Assembly (NCBI RefSeq): GCF_044704955.1
Contig: NC_091980.1
Coordinates: 130,696,001-130,760,000, forward strand
Origin: Pristiophorus japonicus
Taxonomy: Eukaryota
Direction of reading: 5' to 3'
DNA length: 64,000 nt
The notes below the pieces were generated by a model that saw nothing but the letters and a program-made list of their open reading frames with translations, was not told the DNA's origin and searched no databases. Shown here piece by piece: positions 37,004 to 53,729 of the stretch (position 1 is the first letter of the stretch; the number at the start of each line of letters is the position of its first letter). Made by a program: the position numbers and the translations under genes.

Positions 37004-39881
37004 TGTTATGTGTTGTCCAGGTACATTAAGTGTATAAGTACAATGGTGCATCACAGAAGGTGGTGTGGTGGGAGATGTGAAAGTACCTGCAAGACAGAGT
37101 ATAAAAGGCTACCCACCACACCTGAGGCATTCTGGAGTTACACAATAAAGGACTAAGGTCATAGCAGTTGTATCAACACCAGCCTGTGTGGAGTCAGTGA
37201 TGTGTGTACTACATCCATTACAGTGACAACGAGGAAGTGGATGAACTCCATGCAACCATGGCTACTCTGGGCTCGCTAAAGGATTTTACCGTGGGCAATG
37301 ATCGAGAGGCTTTTACCGAAAGGCTTGCGTACTACTTCACAGCAAACGACCTGAAGGGGGACACAGACGCACTGAGATGTATAAGGCGATATTGCTTTCC
37401 AGTTGTGGCGATGAGGTTTACTGTCTCATCAAGGATTTGCTGGCACCTGCGAGCGCCAAAGCCAAATCACATGAGGAGCTGGTCGCTCTCATTCGTGACC
37501 AGTTGAAACCAAAGGAGAGCATCCAGATACAAATTCTACTGCAGACCCGAGGGCCAGAATGTCACCAAATATGCTGCGGACCTCAGGAGACTCGCGGTGC
37601 CTTGTGATTTTGGCGCACACCTTGACTCGGCGTTGCGGGATGTTTTTGTTCTAGGGATTGGCCATGAGTGCCTCCTTCACAAGTTCCTAGCCACAGAACC
37701 CAGAGTCACCCTGACAAAAGCCATCATCAACCGGGCCGATATGATCTCGACTTGCAGCACCAAGCAAATGATCCACACAGTCTCGAAACCGGCAGGCACT
37801 GTCCACAGGATAGCGCCCGCCACAGACAAAACTGCAGAACGTGGCTCTGCCCGGGGCAGAGACCACGGACCTCATGGTCCTAGAACTCAGAGTCCTCTGA
37901 GGGGGGCCAATCAAGCAGCACCATGCTGGCACTGCGGAGAAAACCATAGGGCTCACCGGTGCAGGTTTGCGGAGTATACGTGCAATACCTGCCACCTGAA
38001 AGGCCACCTTCAGCGTATGTGTAAAAGAAATCTGACTCATCATATGGCTGAGGAGATGGTGGATGATCCACTGTTCAGCGAGGAGCAGGCAGAAGAAGAT
38101 GAGGTGTTGAGATTGTATACATGTAATGACGATTCTCCCCCAGTGATAATGGAAGTAAAAATTGACGGAGTCCCAGTGAGTATGGCAGTGGATATGGGAT
38201 CGGGTCCGTCGTTGATGAGTCAGAGAACTTTTGAGAAACTGTGGGGTAACCCGGCTGCAAGACCCAAACTGGTCCCGACACGGCAAAGCAGCGTACCTAC
38301 ACCAAGGAACTGATACCTGTTCTCGGCAGAGCGGATGTGCAGGTATCTCGGGGGTGAGACACACGGTTTAACTTTGTGGGTCATTGCAGGCGATGGGCCA
38401 ATGATTCTCGGCAGAAGATGGATGGGAAAAGTCCGTGGGAAATGGGAAGACTTCATTCCTCCACAGACTACTGTTCCCCGGGTTCCCAACGAGCTGGAGC
38501 TGCAACCTAAATCCACACACAGGCGACAGCAGCCCAGAACTCCTGACCTCAAGCTATCCTGCAGCCTCAGCCTCCACAGATGAGCAGACCGTGGAAGAGC
38601 AAGTTTGCAGGTGCGGGCCGATTGCTGGGGTGCTGGCCGGCGGGGCGCTGCGGGCGATGAGCGGGAGGTCCATCGAGGGCTGGCGGATCCGGGGGCCCAC
38701 GCAGAGGAAAAGCCAGGCGACGGTAGCGGCTGCAATGGTGGCGGCCACAGGAGAGGTGGCCACGGCGGCCGCAGGAGGGGCGGCAAGTGCGGAGACAGCG
38801 GTAAGAGCGGAGGCTGCGGCGGCGGCTGGCATGACTCGGGAGAACGCGAGCCAGAGTGATGGATGCAGCAGCAAGTACAGAGGGACTCACAGTGACTGTG
38901 ACTGATCGAGTCCAGGGAGCCACTTCTGCAAAGATGGGTTGCTCTGGGCTGTTTTTTTACCTTCCTTTCTTCCTTGTCCCTTCTGCTCTTTCTTCGCCAG
39001 CGAGCTCAAGATGGTGGTGAGCCTCGTGGCAACGGAGCTCTGTAGACAAAGGCCAGCAGAACACCTCAGATGGCGGCGCTCAAGGGAAGCCTCGTGGGAG
39101 CCACAAGATGGCGTCCTAAAAGGGAAATGGATGTGGGAGTCTTAAAAGGGCCTTACACCATTGGCGGTCCCCACATAAAGACTTTTGGAAGGCAAGAGTG
39201 AGTCTAAATGAGCTATGAGAATGTAGGATGACGTATTTATGATGAGAATTAAGATTTTAATGCTGAATGGTTACTGTGTTTAAAATAATGGATATGAATT
39301 ACGGAAAGAGTTTTTACCTTGGGCAAAAAGGGGCTGTGTACTGCCACCATATCTCACCCAGAGGAGTTGGGATTAAATAACTGTTTAGTGGACCTGCAAA
39401 CTTTTGACATAACATCTGTACCAAATATTGTATGTACCATACAAATGTACCGTCTATGTATACCTGCTTTTTGTTGGAGGTTATGCTCGTGTACCTTATC
39501 ACCCAGGTAAGGACTGCAAATACCACATGCTTGCACCGGGTCCTCCACATGGGGGAGAAGAGGGAAGTGGATGGTCATGGACTCACACTCAGAAATCAAC
39601 CAGGGCGAACAAGGCCAAGGTCACGGGCAATGGCTTTTGGAACTGGCGGGGGTAGTGAGATGTAATGTATTGTTCAGGTACATTAAATGTATAAGTACAA
39701 TGGTGCACCACGGAGGGCGCTGTGTTGGGAGACCTAGGGGTACCTGCAAGACAGAGTATAAAAGGCTGCCCACCACACCTCAGAGGTACTCTGGAGTTAC
39801 ACAATAAAGGACTAAGGTCACAGCAGTTGTATCAACACCAGACTGTGTGGAGTCAGTGATTTGTGTGCTACATACACGACA
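37004..39881 (+). mobile_element. Non-autonomous Gypsy-like LTR element (gag + protease only)
   Basis: LTRs 37004-37222 and 39661-39881, TSD GGAAA on both sides, purine-rich PPT before 39661. Gag has two CCHC knuckles (CWHCGENHRAHRC, CNTCHLKGHLQRMC) and the protease motif reads VDMGS. No RT or integrase seen. Confidence 0.9.
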
Positions 39882-40109
39882 GGAAATCCCCCCTCAACTT
39901 CCCATTTACACAAACTAATTTTAGAAAATTAGTTCAGAACTGCAGTGAGTGTAATGAAATTGTTGTTGTCATTCCATGTATTTGCATCACGAAGAAGTTT
40001 CCAGTCACCATATATCGAATGGCAGTATCTGGTGCCCACCGGGGTGGCCATTGAGTGTAACCATGTGATGTCCATCAGTTTGCTCGCAGCCCTTTGTGAG
40101 GACATCCAC

Positions 40110-40712
40110 TGCATAGAAATGTAGAAAATAGGTGCAGGAGCAGGCCATTCGGTCGTTTGAGCCTGCATCATCATTCAATAAGATCATGACTGATCATTCA
40201 CCTCAGTTCTCCTTTCCTGCTCTCTCTCCATACCCTTGATCCCTTTAGCCATAAAGGCCATATCTAAGTCCTTCCTGACTATATCCAATGAGCTGGCATC
40301 AACCACTCTCTGTGGTAGTAAATTCCACAGGTTAACAATTCTCTGAAGAAGTTTCTACTCATCTAAGTCCTAAATGGCTTACCCCTTATCCTTCGACTTT
40401 GTCCCCTGATTCAAGACTTCCCCAACATTGAGAACATTCTTCCTGCATCTAACCTGTCCAGTCCCGTCTGAACTTTATATGTTTCTGTGAGATCCCCTCT
40501 CATCCTTCTAAACTCCAGTGAATACAAGACTAGTCGATCCAGTCTCTCCTCATATGTCAGTCCTGCTATTGCGGGAATCAGTCTGGTGAACCTTCACTGC
40601 ACTCCCTCAACAGCAAGAACATCCTTCCTCAGATTAGGAGACCAAAACAGAACACAATATTTCAGGTGAGACCTCACTCATGCCCTGTACAACTGCAGTA
40701 AGACCTCCCTGC
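40110..40712 (-). mobile_element. CR1 3' fragment
   Basis: ATAGAAA tail repeats and typical CR1 3' coding remnant on the minus strand. Confidence 0.7.
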
Positions 40713-42429
40713 TTCTTCGATCAATACAGGTGTAAATACACAGACACATGTTTGATTCAGGTGGGTCAACTGGGCACATTGTTGGCATCTCCCGCAAAAG
40801 GGCAGTGCCTGTGGTGTGATTGGTGGCTCTGGCTCTCAATCACTGCCGCACTCTCTGCCCAATCTAAAGCAGAGTTTTAATCCAAGGGAACACCTCTCAT
40901 CAGCTCATCCAGGACTGAACCACTTCTGCACTGAAACCAGAAGTCACGGCTTTGGATCTCCGAGAAACACAAACATGAAAGGCCAATGACCAGAGGGGAG
41001 AGATGAGGACGATTATTTTTACGCAGCAAGTTGTGGTGATCCGGGACGCGCTGCCTGAAAGGGCGGAGGAATCAGATTCAATAGTAACTTTAAAGAGGGA
41101 ATTGCATATATACTTGACAAAAGTTGCAGGTCTATGGGGAAGGAGCTGAGAAGTGGAACTAATTGGATCACTCTTTGAAAGAGCCTGCACAGGCACGATG
41201 GGCTGAATGTCCTCTTTCTGTGCTGATAGAATCTATGATGAGCCAGACAGTTGGAGCATATCTGAGCCTCATCATTTCAATCAGATTTAAATATTCTTTT
41301 GCCTCACTGAAAGCCGACTGTAAAAGGACGCGTCCAACACATCAAATTGAGGGTCAGGAAAAGACCAGCTGGTCTATCAAGCCTGCCCCAAAACACGGCA
41401 GAGCAAATCATAGAATCATAGAATGGTTACAGCACAGAGGGAGGCCATTCGGCCCATCGAACCCGTGCCGGCTCTCTGCAAGAGCATTTCAGCTTGTCCC
41501 ACTCCCCCGCCCTTCCCCCGCAAACCTGCTATTAATTTTTCCTTCGGGTACTTATCCAATTCCCTTTTGAAAGCCACGATTGAGTCTACCTCCACCACCC
41601 TCTCGGGCATTGCATTCCAGATCCCAACCACTCGCTGTGTAAACATATCGACTTTGTTCTTTTGCCAGTCACTTTAAATCTGTGTCCTCTGGTTCTCGAC
41701 CCTTCCGCCAAAGGGAACAGTTACTGTCTATCGACTCTGTCCAGACACCTCATGATTTTGAATCCCTCTTTCAAATGGAGACGTGTCTGTGGGTGACAAT
41801 GTGTTCAGTAATGTTCACTCCCTCTCATTCTCGCTCAATATATTGAATTTTACCAGGCATCATTCCATGAGAATAAAAATGACAGATCGTTGATGCCCCC
41901 ATGTAGCCAATCCTCAGACACATGCCCATTCTCTATATTCGAACTGGGGGCAGTTCACACCATCCACAGGATGGAATTCCCATTTCACTGGCCAATGCTT
42001 GGTTTGTAAATGCACCGAGACGACTTGATTGCTTTGAATATTGTCTCAGTGCCACAGAAACTTGCAAGTAACAAACTTCGCCAGATTATGAAAAACCCCT
42101 TTGGCGAAAGTAGAAAATTATCATTTCATTCAAGTGAGAGTGTTAAACAACGGCACACTTTCAGATTTGAAGAGGTTCAAGGAACCCAAAGGCAGTGACA
42201 GCACTGAGACTGATCACCCCAGAACCCGCCCCCAAACCCCCTCTCCTTTTTTAATTGGTGCCTGAATTCAGCGAAGATTCCTGATTGGCTCTCAGGGATT
42301 GTCAATCATCATTGGTGATGTCATACTCTGTTTGCATGCAGCCCTTCCGATCGTATAACTGCAGGAGCTTGTGTCAGACATAGTGAGTTCTCGAACTGTG
42401 TAGGTGATAGTGAAATATAGATCGTGAAG

Positions 42430-45026
<2,597 letters not shown>

Positions 45027-48000
45027 TAGCTTATTGTGTTTAGTACTTGTATTTATATAATCAGGCCCCTGTCATGTAGGGAATGAAGGCTTGTGACTTT
45101 GTACAAAGAGCTGAAACCCATAACTGTAAATATACTGTTCAATATTGGGCTGTGTTTTGTCACCTTGTAAGTTTGAGTGGTTATTTATTTTTCATTTAAC
45201 ATAACTTGGTTTCCATCGAACAAGAATTGCACTGAGCTGTGCAACATTTATATGGGATTCAGTCCTTTGAAATGTGTTTTCCTCTCGTGTAATGTCTATG
45301 TATTGACTGGGACATTCAGCCACCTGTTATAAGATCTAAAATGTTCAACGGTGTGGTCAGACAACTGACAGCCCCATGGGATACTGGCCCAGTAACCAAA
45401 AGTCTGGTCAGAGGTATGTATTAAGGACGTACAGAGATGTATAGAGAGGCATCTCTCGAGCTTGGGACGGAGAAACTGTATACAATTACCTGTTCCAACT
45501 ATCTGTCTTTGTACAAATGACAATTCAATCCAACAAGATGTAACATCTGTTAAACACAGGGCCAATTTGCCAGTAATTCATTGTTGCACCATTTCAGTCC
45601 AGTGAAGAAAAAGTCCTGAATTAGCTTCCTATTTCGTGTATCTGCCTCGTGAACAGCAGTTTATATTCAATAGTCACAACAGATCCTCTTCAGTTATACA
45701 GGTAGTTCAGTAATAGGACTCACCACTGCTGCTATAGGCTTGCTGTTAAGCTTTGTAGGCAGACAAGCAATGTCTCAGCACACTGAACTCTGGGCACTAC
45801 AATTGGATGAGGAGGGAAAGCATCAGCTGTCATCAGCTTGCTGTCACAGCTTCAGTGGTTAGTGTGGATACCCGAGTCTGGTGGTTCTGGGACAGCTTCT
45901 CTTCTGCCTGCTCCCCTCATGGTTGAATAACTTGTCAGCACAACCTCCATTCACATGAATAAGGAATTGGGTAAAGTATTGAAATACTAACGATACTCCA
46001 ACAAAATTTAATGCTTGGGGAAGGAGCAAATGTATTTAATTCCACAAAGCAAAAGGCACAAGATATTAAACCCATTTCTACCCTGGCCACAATGCATAAA
46101 CACTCAATTTATAAGCCAACTATCAATTATTTTTTTAGTACCATTGTGAATTTCATTACTATCACCCTGGGTTAGATCTCCATTTCTCTCCTTCGTGGCG
46201 ATGAATGGATACAAATGGTATTGCTGCAGCTCCAATAATCCAGTGTTTACAAGTTATTTTTAGGAATTTAGCTGAGAACTGTGTTGAGTGCAATTAAATT
46301 GCCATGTACAGACATTCCACGTTGATGTCTTGGCAATACTCAAGCGCCTTTGGGATATCGATGTTACAAAATTTCATATATTGATGAGCCACAGTTCCAC
46401 GAGTCGGCCTGGGTTTGCGTGCTGAAGGGTTTGATGGCTTCATGTATCAACAAAGTCTCCAGCTCACTCGATGTGAAACTTTACAGGTGCTCGTGTTTTA
46501 AGAATTACTTACAATTTACAGCACAGAAAAAGACCATTCGGGCCAGTGGGCCATGCTGTGGTTTATGCTCCAAGTGAGTCTTCTCCCACCCCACTTCATC
46601 TAGACCTATTAGCATATCCTTCTATTCCTTTCTCCCTTGTGTTTATCTAGCTTTCCCTTAAATGTATCTATGCTCTTTGCATTCAGAGTTATTACTGCGT
46701 GTAGCTCAGTAAACGCACCGCTGCTGCTGTGGATTTTCTGTTAAGCTGTGTGGGTAAAGAAGTGAGTAACAGCTATTGAGCGCAGCAATGTTTGAGCTCA
46801 AGGACAGCATTTATTGTCCGTCCCTAATTGCCTTTGAGAAGGTGCTGGTCAGCCATCTTCTGGAACCGCTGCAGTCTTGTGGTGAAGGTACTCCCACAGT
46901 GCTTTTAGGGAGGGAGTTCCTGGATTTTGATGCAGTGACGAAAAAGGAATGGTGATATATTTCCAAGTCAGGTTGGTGGTAACGTGGAGGTGAACTTGCA
47001 GGTGATAGTATTCCCAAACTTCTGCTGCCCTTGTCCTGCTAATTGCTAGAGCTCTTGGGATGACATGTGCTGCTGAAAAAGCCTTGGCGAGTTGCTGCAG
47101 TGCATCTTGTCGATGGTATACACTGCAGCCATGGTGCGCCGGTGGTGGAAGCAGTGAATGTGGAAGGTGGTGGATGGGATGCCAATCAACCGGGCTGCTT
47201 TGTCCTGGACGATGTCGAGCTTCTTGATGATTGCTGAAGCTGCACTCAGCCAGTCAAGTGGAGAGTACTCCACCACACTCCTGACTTGTGCCTTGTCGAT
47301 GCTTGAAAGACTTTCGGGTGTCAGGAGGTGAGACACCCAGCGCAAAACACCCAGCCACTGGTCCGCTCTTATTACCAGAGTAGTTATGCGGCTGGGCGAG
47401 TTCAGTTCCTGATCAGCGATGACCCCCAGAGGTTAATGCTGAGGAATTCAGCGGCAGTGAATGTTAAGGGTGGGTGGTTAGACTCTCGCTTTTTGCAGTT
47501 AGTCATTGCCTGGCACTTGTGTGGTGCCATTGTTACTTGCCCATTATCAGCCCCACACTGAATGTCATCCAGGTCTTGCTGCATGTGGGCATGGACTGCT
47601 TCATTTTCTGATGTCTTGCAAATGGAACATAGCACTGTGTAATCATCAGCGAACATCCCCACTTCTGGCCTTTATGATGGAGGGAAGTTCATTGATGAAG
47701 CAGCTTAAGATAGCTGGGCCAAAGACACTGCCCTGAGGTATTCCTGCAGAGATGTCCTGGGGCTGAGATGATTGACCTCCAACAACCACTTCCTTTGTGC
47801 TAGATATGAGTCCAGCTCAACGAGAGTTTTCTATATTCGCATTGACTTCAATTTTACAAGGGCTACTTGATGCTGCACTCCATCAGATGCTGCCTTGCTG
47901 TGAAAGGTAGTCACTCTCACCTCACCTGGAATTCAGCTCCTTTGTACATGTTTGGACCAAGGCTGCAACGAGATCAGGAGCCGAGTGGTCCTGGCACAAC

Positions 48001-51000
48001 CCAAACTGGGCATCGGTGAGCAGATTATTGTCGACAAAATCTTCCCTCACTTTGCTGATGATTGAGTGTAGACTGATGGGGCGGTAATTGGCCTGAATGG
48101 ATTTGTCCTGCTTTTTCTAGACAGGACGTGCCAGGGCAATTTTTCACATTGTTGGGTAGATGTCAGTGTCTCTGTACTGGAACAGCTTGGCTAGAGGTGT
48201 GGCCATGAATTTACAGATTGTGTTGCAATACAATTCTGCAGTTGCTGATGACACAGTGCCCCATGGATGCCCAGTTTTGAGCTGCGAGATCTGTTTTGAA
48301 TCTATTCCATTTAACACTGTGGTCAAGCCACTCACCACGAAGGAGGGTGTCCTCCGTGTGAAGACAAGACTTTGTCTCCACAAGGACTGTGTGGTGGTCA
48401 CTGCTACCAATGCTGTCATGGAGAGATGAATCTGTGACAGGTAGATTGCTGTGGACAAGATCAGTAGGTTTTTCCCTTGTGTTGATTCTCTCACCATCTG
48501 TCGGAAGCTCAATCTGGATGCTATGTCCTTTAGGACTCAGCTCGCTTGCTCAGTGACACCGAGCCCCTTTTGCTGATGGACATTGAAGCCTATTGCTAAT
48601 ATCAGTGCTTCTTCCAAGTGGCCTTCAACATGGTGGAGTACTGATTCATCAGCTGAGGGAGGGCAGTAGGTGGTAATCAGCAGGAGGTTTCCATGCCCAA
48701 GCTTGACCTGAACCCATGAGACTTAATCGGGTCCAGATTAAATGTTCAGGACTCCTACCGCTACTCCCTCCCGACTAGATACCACTGAGCCGCCACCTCT
48801 GGTGTGTCTGCCCTTCTGGTGGGACAGGACATACGCAGGGATGGTGAAGGAGGAATCTGGGACATTGGCTGAAAGGTATGATTCTGTGATTATGACTATG
48901 TCAGCTGTTGCTTGACTAACCTGTGGGACAGCTCTCCCCATTTAGGCACAAGATACCAGATGTTAGTGAGGAGGACTTTGCAGGGTCGACTGGGCTGGGT
49001 GTACCATTGTCATGTCAGAAGCCGGTGCCGAGGTCAATGCCGGGTTGTCCTGTTTTATTCTAATTATTGTTTCTCGTAACGGTTTGTTATAACTGATTGG
49101 CTAGCTTGGCCATTTCAGAGGGCAGTTAAGACTCAACCACATTGCTTTGGGTTTGAAGTCATATCGGCCAGATTTCCTTCCCTATGGACATTAGTGAAGC
49201 AGATTGGTTTTTATGACAATCCGATAGCTCCCTGGGCATCATTACTGATACTAGCTTTTTATTCCAGATTTTAATTTAATTAATTGAATTTCAATTCCCC
49301 AGCTGCCATGGTGGGACTTTGGATCATTAGTCCAGGCCTCTGAATTACTCGTCCAATAACATAACCACTATGTTATCGCACTCTTTGCATCTCTCAATGG
49401 CACTTTTGGAGTATCGATGTCACCACAATTCATACGTTGATGAGTCACAATTCTACAAGTAATGTTGGGTTTTGCGTGCTGATGAGTTTCACGGCTTCAT
49501 GTTTCAGATAAAACAAATTCTTCAGCTCACTCGATGTGAAAAACTTTACAGATACCCTTGTTTTAAGAATTACATAGAATTTACAGCACAGAAAAAGGCC
49601 ATTCAGCCTGGCAAATTGCAGTGGTGAGCGGTCCTTCTTGAACGTAAAACGCATCAAGGATGAGGTGAGGAACCGAATGAGACAAGATCGATTTAATAGT
49701 CTTTCAATCATGAGCATGGAGAGTGAAGTACTGAGAGGACTTGACTTCAAACACTGAGCCTCCTCCCAACTTCATTTAACCCTGTCAGCATATCCTGCCA
49801 ATCCTTCCTCCCTCATGTGTTCATCCAGCTTCCCCTTAAACGCGTCTATGCTTTTTGTCTCAACTATTCCTTTCGAAAGCGAGTTAAACATTCTGAACAC
49901 TCTCTGAGTAAAGAAGTTTCTTTGAAGTCTCTCTTAGATTATTAATTCTAACTTTCTATATAATTCTATGGAGATCAGAACTTTGCACCATACTCCAAGT
50001 GTTGTCTAGCCAAGGTTCTATATAAACTTAACAAGCTGCACAGGGATGTGGTTCAGTTCACCTCAACTGTGTTCTCCCTGTGGCCGAGGAGCTCCGTCCG
50101 GAGTCAGAGTGTGGATTTCGTCCCCTACGGGTAACAACGGACATGATCTTTGCAGCACGCCAATTGCAGGAAAATGCAGGGAGCAGCGCCAGCCCTTATA
50201 CATGGCATTTTTAGATCTTTTCCACGCCTTTGAAACTGTCGACCGTGAGGGCTATTGGAGCGTCCTACCTCCATTTTGGATAGCCCCAAAAGTTTGTCAA
50301 CATCCTTCGCCTGCTCCATGTCGACATGCATGCCGTGATCCTTATCAGCGGATTTGTTACAGACCCATTCCTCGTCCGAAGCGGGGTCAAACAGGGCTGC
50401 GTCATCGCTCCAACGCTTTTCTCAATCTTTCTCGCTGCCAACTCCACCTCACTGGCAACAAGCTTCCTGCTGGAGTGGAACTAAACTACAGAATCAGTGG
50501 GAAGCAGTGTAACCTATGCCCTCTCCAGACCAGGTCCAAGACCACCCAAACTTCTGTCGTTGACCTGCAGTATGCGGACGACGCCTGCGTCTGCGCACAT
50601 TCTGAGGCTGAACTCCAGGATTTAGTCAATGTAGTCACTGAGGCATATGAAATCATGGGCCTTGCACTTAACATCCATAAGGGAAAGTGCCTCCATCAGC
50701 CTGTCTTCGCTGCACAGCACGGCCCCCGAGACATGAAGATTCACGGCATGGCCCTCGACAATGTGGACCACTTCCCAGACCGCGGGAGCCTCCTGTCAAC
50801 AAAGGCAGACATCGATGCGGAGATTCAATATCGCCTCCAGTGCGCCAGTGCAGCCTTCGGCTGCCTGAGGAAAGGAGTGTTCGAAGACCAGGCCCTCAAA
50901 CCTACCACCAAGCTCACGCTCTACAGGGCTGTAGTAATACCCACCCTACTGTATGAATCAGAGGCATGGACGACTTACAGAAGGCACATCCAGTCGCTGG

Positions 51001-53729
51001 AGATATATCACCAAAGATTCCTCTGTAAGATCCTGTAAATTCCCTGGGAGGACAGATGCACCAACATCAGTGTCCTCGCGCAGGCTAACATCCCCAGCAT
51101 TGAAGCACTAACCACATGTGATCAGCTTTGCTGGGCAGGCCACTTAGTCCACATGCCAGACATGAGACTCCCTAAGCAACTGCTCTATGCGGAACTCCTT
51201 TTTGGCAAACGAGCCAAAGTTAAGCAGCGGAAACGTTACAAGGACACCCTCAAAACCTCTCTGATGAAGTGCGACAGCACCACTGATGCCTGGGAGACTC
51301 TGGCCGAAGTCCATCCTAGTTGGAAAAAGTGTATCCGGGAGGGTGTTGAGCTCTTCGAATCTCAACGCTGCGAGCGTGAAGAGGTCAGGCAGCGGAAGGA
51401 AGGTGTGGTATATTAGTGCCACCCACCCACTTCCCCCGACGAATATCTGTCCCATCTGTGACAGGGTCTGTGGCTTTCATGTTGGACTGTTCAGCCACCA
51501 ACGAACTCACTTTAGGAGTGAAAGCAAGTCTTCCTCGATACTGAGTGACTGCCTATGATGATGGGTTCAGCTGCAGGTATTCCTCGCTCTGAGCTCAGAA
51601 CTGCGCCAATGGTTAACACTCATCTGTGCCTTTTTATCTCTAGAATTGACTATTTCAATGCTCTCCTGCTTGCCTTACATGCTCCATAAACTTAAGCTTA
51701 TCCAAAACTCTGCTGCCCGTATCCTAACACACACCTAGTCCCACTCACCCATGACCCCTGTGCTTGTGGACCATCATTGGCTCCCGGTCTGACAGCGCCT
51801 CAAATTCAAGATTCTTATCCTTGTATTAAAATCCCACCATGGCCCTTCCCTCACCTCTTTTCCCAGCACATTGATAATATCGGTGCTGTTTCCTGCTCTC
51901 ACAATAAACTGGAACATTTAATTCACTATGTTCCCAATTTCCACCCTTCACTCACCTTCACATGGTCCATTTCTGTCACTTCACTTCCCTTTCTCGACTT
52001 CTCTGTCTATCGTCTCAGTCGATCAGACAAATATCCAATGAGTTGTTTGGATGTTGCTTCAAACCCACAGATACCTGCAAATGATCAACCCACTGAACAA
52101 TCCAGAACTATTAAAAAAACACTGACTCGCAAACAACAGAAGATTCAATGAATCTTTCAAGGTGGCCATTAACTGGTCCAGGCAGAGCACGGTCGATGGG
52201 GTGTTCCCTCTGTCTGCCTGCCTCTCTTCTGCGGCTATATCCGCGCCCGGGTATCCCTGGATTGGGAGCATGCGGTGTCTGCCGGTATGCTTGAGGCTTT
52301 CCGTCATCGGAGGGCACCAGAGGGAGGGGAGCGCAGCGTGGATACAGGGAAATAATGTAAAATTTTAAAAGTTTTTTTGTTAGTTTTGTCATAATGTGGG
52401 TCTGAAAGTTTATTCCCCCTTATAAAGGGAGCACTTATGGTTTAAGTGTTTCCGATAGCTGAATTAAACATTCCAATTAATTAGCCCAAAGAATAGAGAA
52501 TCCAATTAAACCTGTGACTCTGGATATTTGAACTGTGTTTGAGGATAGTTAGGACAATTGAGATCCTCATTGAGTTGTCAGCCAATGATGCTCATTCTTC
52601 AAAGATCTGACTGGCTCTGGGAGTCCATCTCCCTCCTTCCTTTACTTGATTGGTGCTCTGAGAAGATGCAACTTCTGATTGGGTATTGATGACTGTCACT
52701 CATCATCAAGAATGCCACACCCTGGATTATCCCTCAGTATAAATATAGGTGTTTGAGATTGGCAAAATGTTACCTTTGTACTTCAACAAAGTTTTTACTT
52801 TGGAAAAATAAAATATTAAGATGGCTTCTCAAGTGCGTCAGAATTACCACCAGGACTGTAAGGATGCTGTCAACAAGCAGATCAACATGGAGCTTTCTTT
52901 CTCCTATGTTTATCTCTTTCTGGTGAGTTTTGTGTTTTTGCCACTTTACAATGGAGACTATGTAATGTGAATTTATGAAATCCTGTGCTGTACACAGCTC
53001 ACCTCTTGCTCTCTTTCTGTCCACCCCGCCTTCCCCCCCCCCCCCCCAACCCGCCCTGAATCTATGCAGTGAATTCACATTTAAAGCTATAATATAATAC
53101 AATTTATCTTAATTTGTATTTGTTAACAAATTCTCTCTGTTCCTTGTATCATCTGATTATCTTGATTCTTTCTTTTTCCTGGAATCTTGAGCTTGATTAA
53201 GTTTATTTGGAATACATTCTGCACACAATGCAAGGAATTCAGAATTAGTATCCTCATTCTAAATCACTGCATGGATTGTCCTTACCTTGCTGGTTCAATG
53301 GGTGGTGTCATAAAAATAAATCTAAGCCATTTAGGAGGGAAGTTAGGAAGTATTCTTTCCCACAAGTGTGGTGAAAATCTGAAACGCTTTCTTTCCCAGC
53401 CATCTCTCACCTCCACAGGGGGAGGATGGGAGGAAAGTGTTACAAATGTTTCTGCTTCCCTCCTGTTCCTAGTGTTTCTAACCTCTAAATTTTAAGTACC
53501 AGATTGTATCCTTTTTTCCTCGCACTTTTAGCACCAATAAAGCAAAGAAAGTTCATCAATTGTCTACACTGTGGACTCTACCTTAACCCCTGTGATCTTC
53601 ACCAAGCACCTCAAATTCTGAGGGGTTCTCCGAACACTTTTTTTTTCTGTGGTCTCTGCTTCTCCGCTACTGTGCCAAATTAATGCTGCATGTGGTAGTT
53701 TTAGTTCTTTGGCATGATTGTAGCCAGTA

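Noticed and set aside
38220-38923. Multiple overlapping long ORFs on both strands
   Set aside because: GC-rich low-complexity tract depleted of stop codons inside an LTR element.
40745-40900. Minus-strand Cys-rich peptide (PITPQALPFCGRCQQCAQLTHLNQTCVC) vaguely like a growth-factor tail
   Set aside because: Contains an upstream in-frame stop, several cysteines are not kept in the unit-1 homolog (12180-12340), and no clear splice sites.
50046-51038. Longest ORF in the track (330 aa) as a host gene
   Set aside because: Frameshifted RTE LINE reverse transcriptase; the N-terminal half is out of the RT frame.
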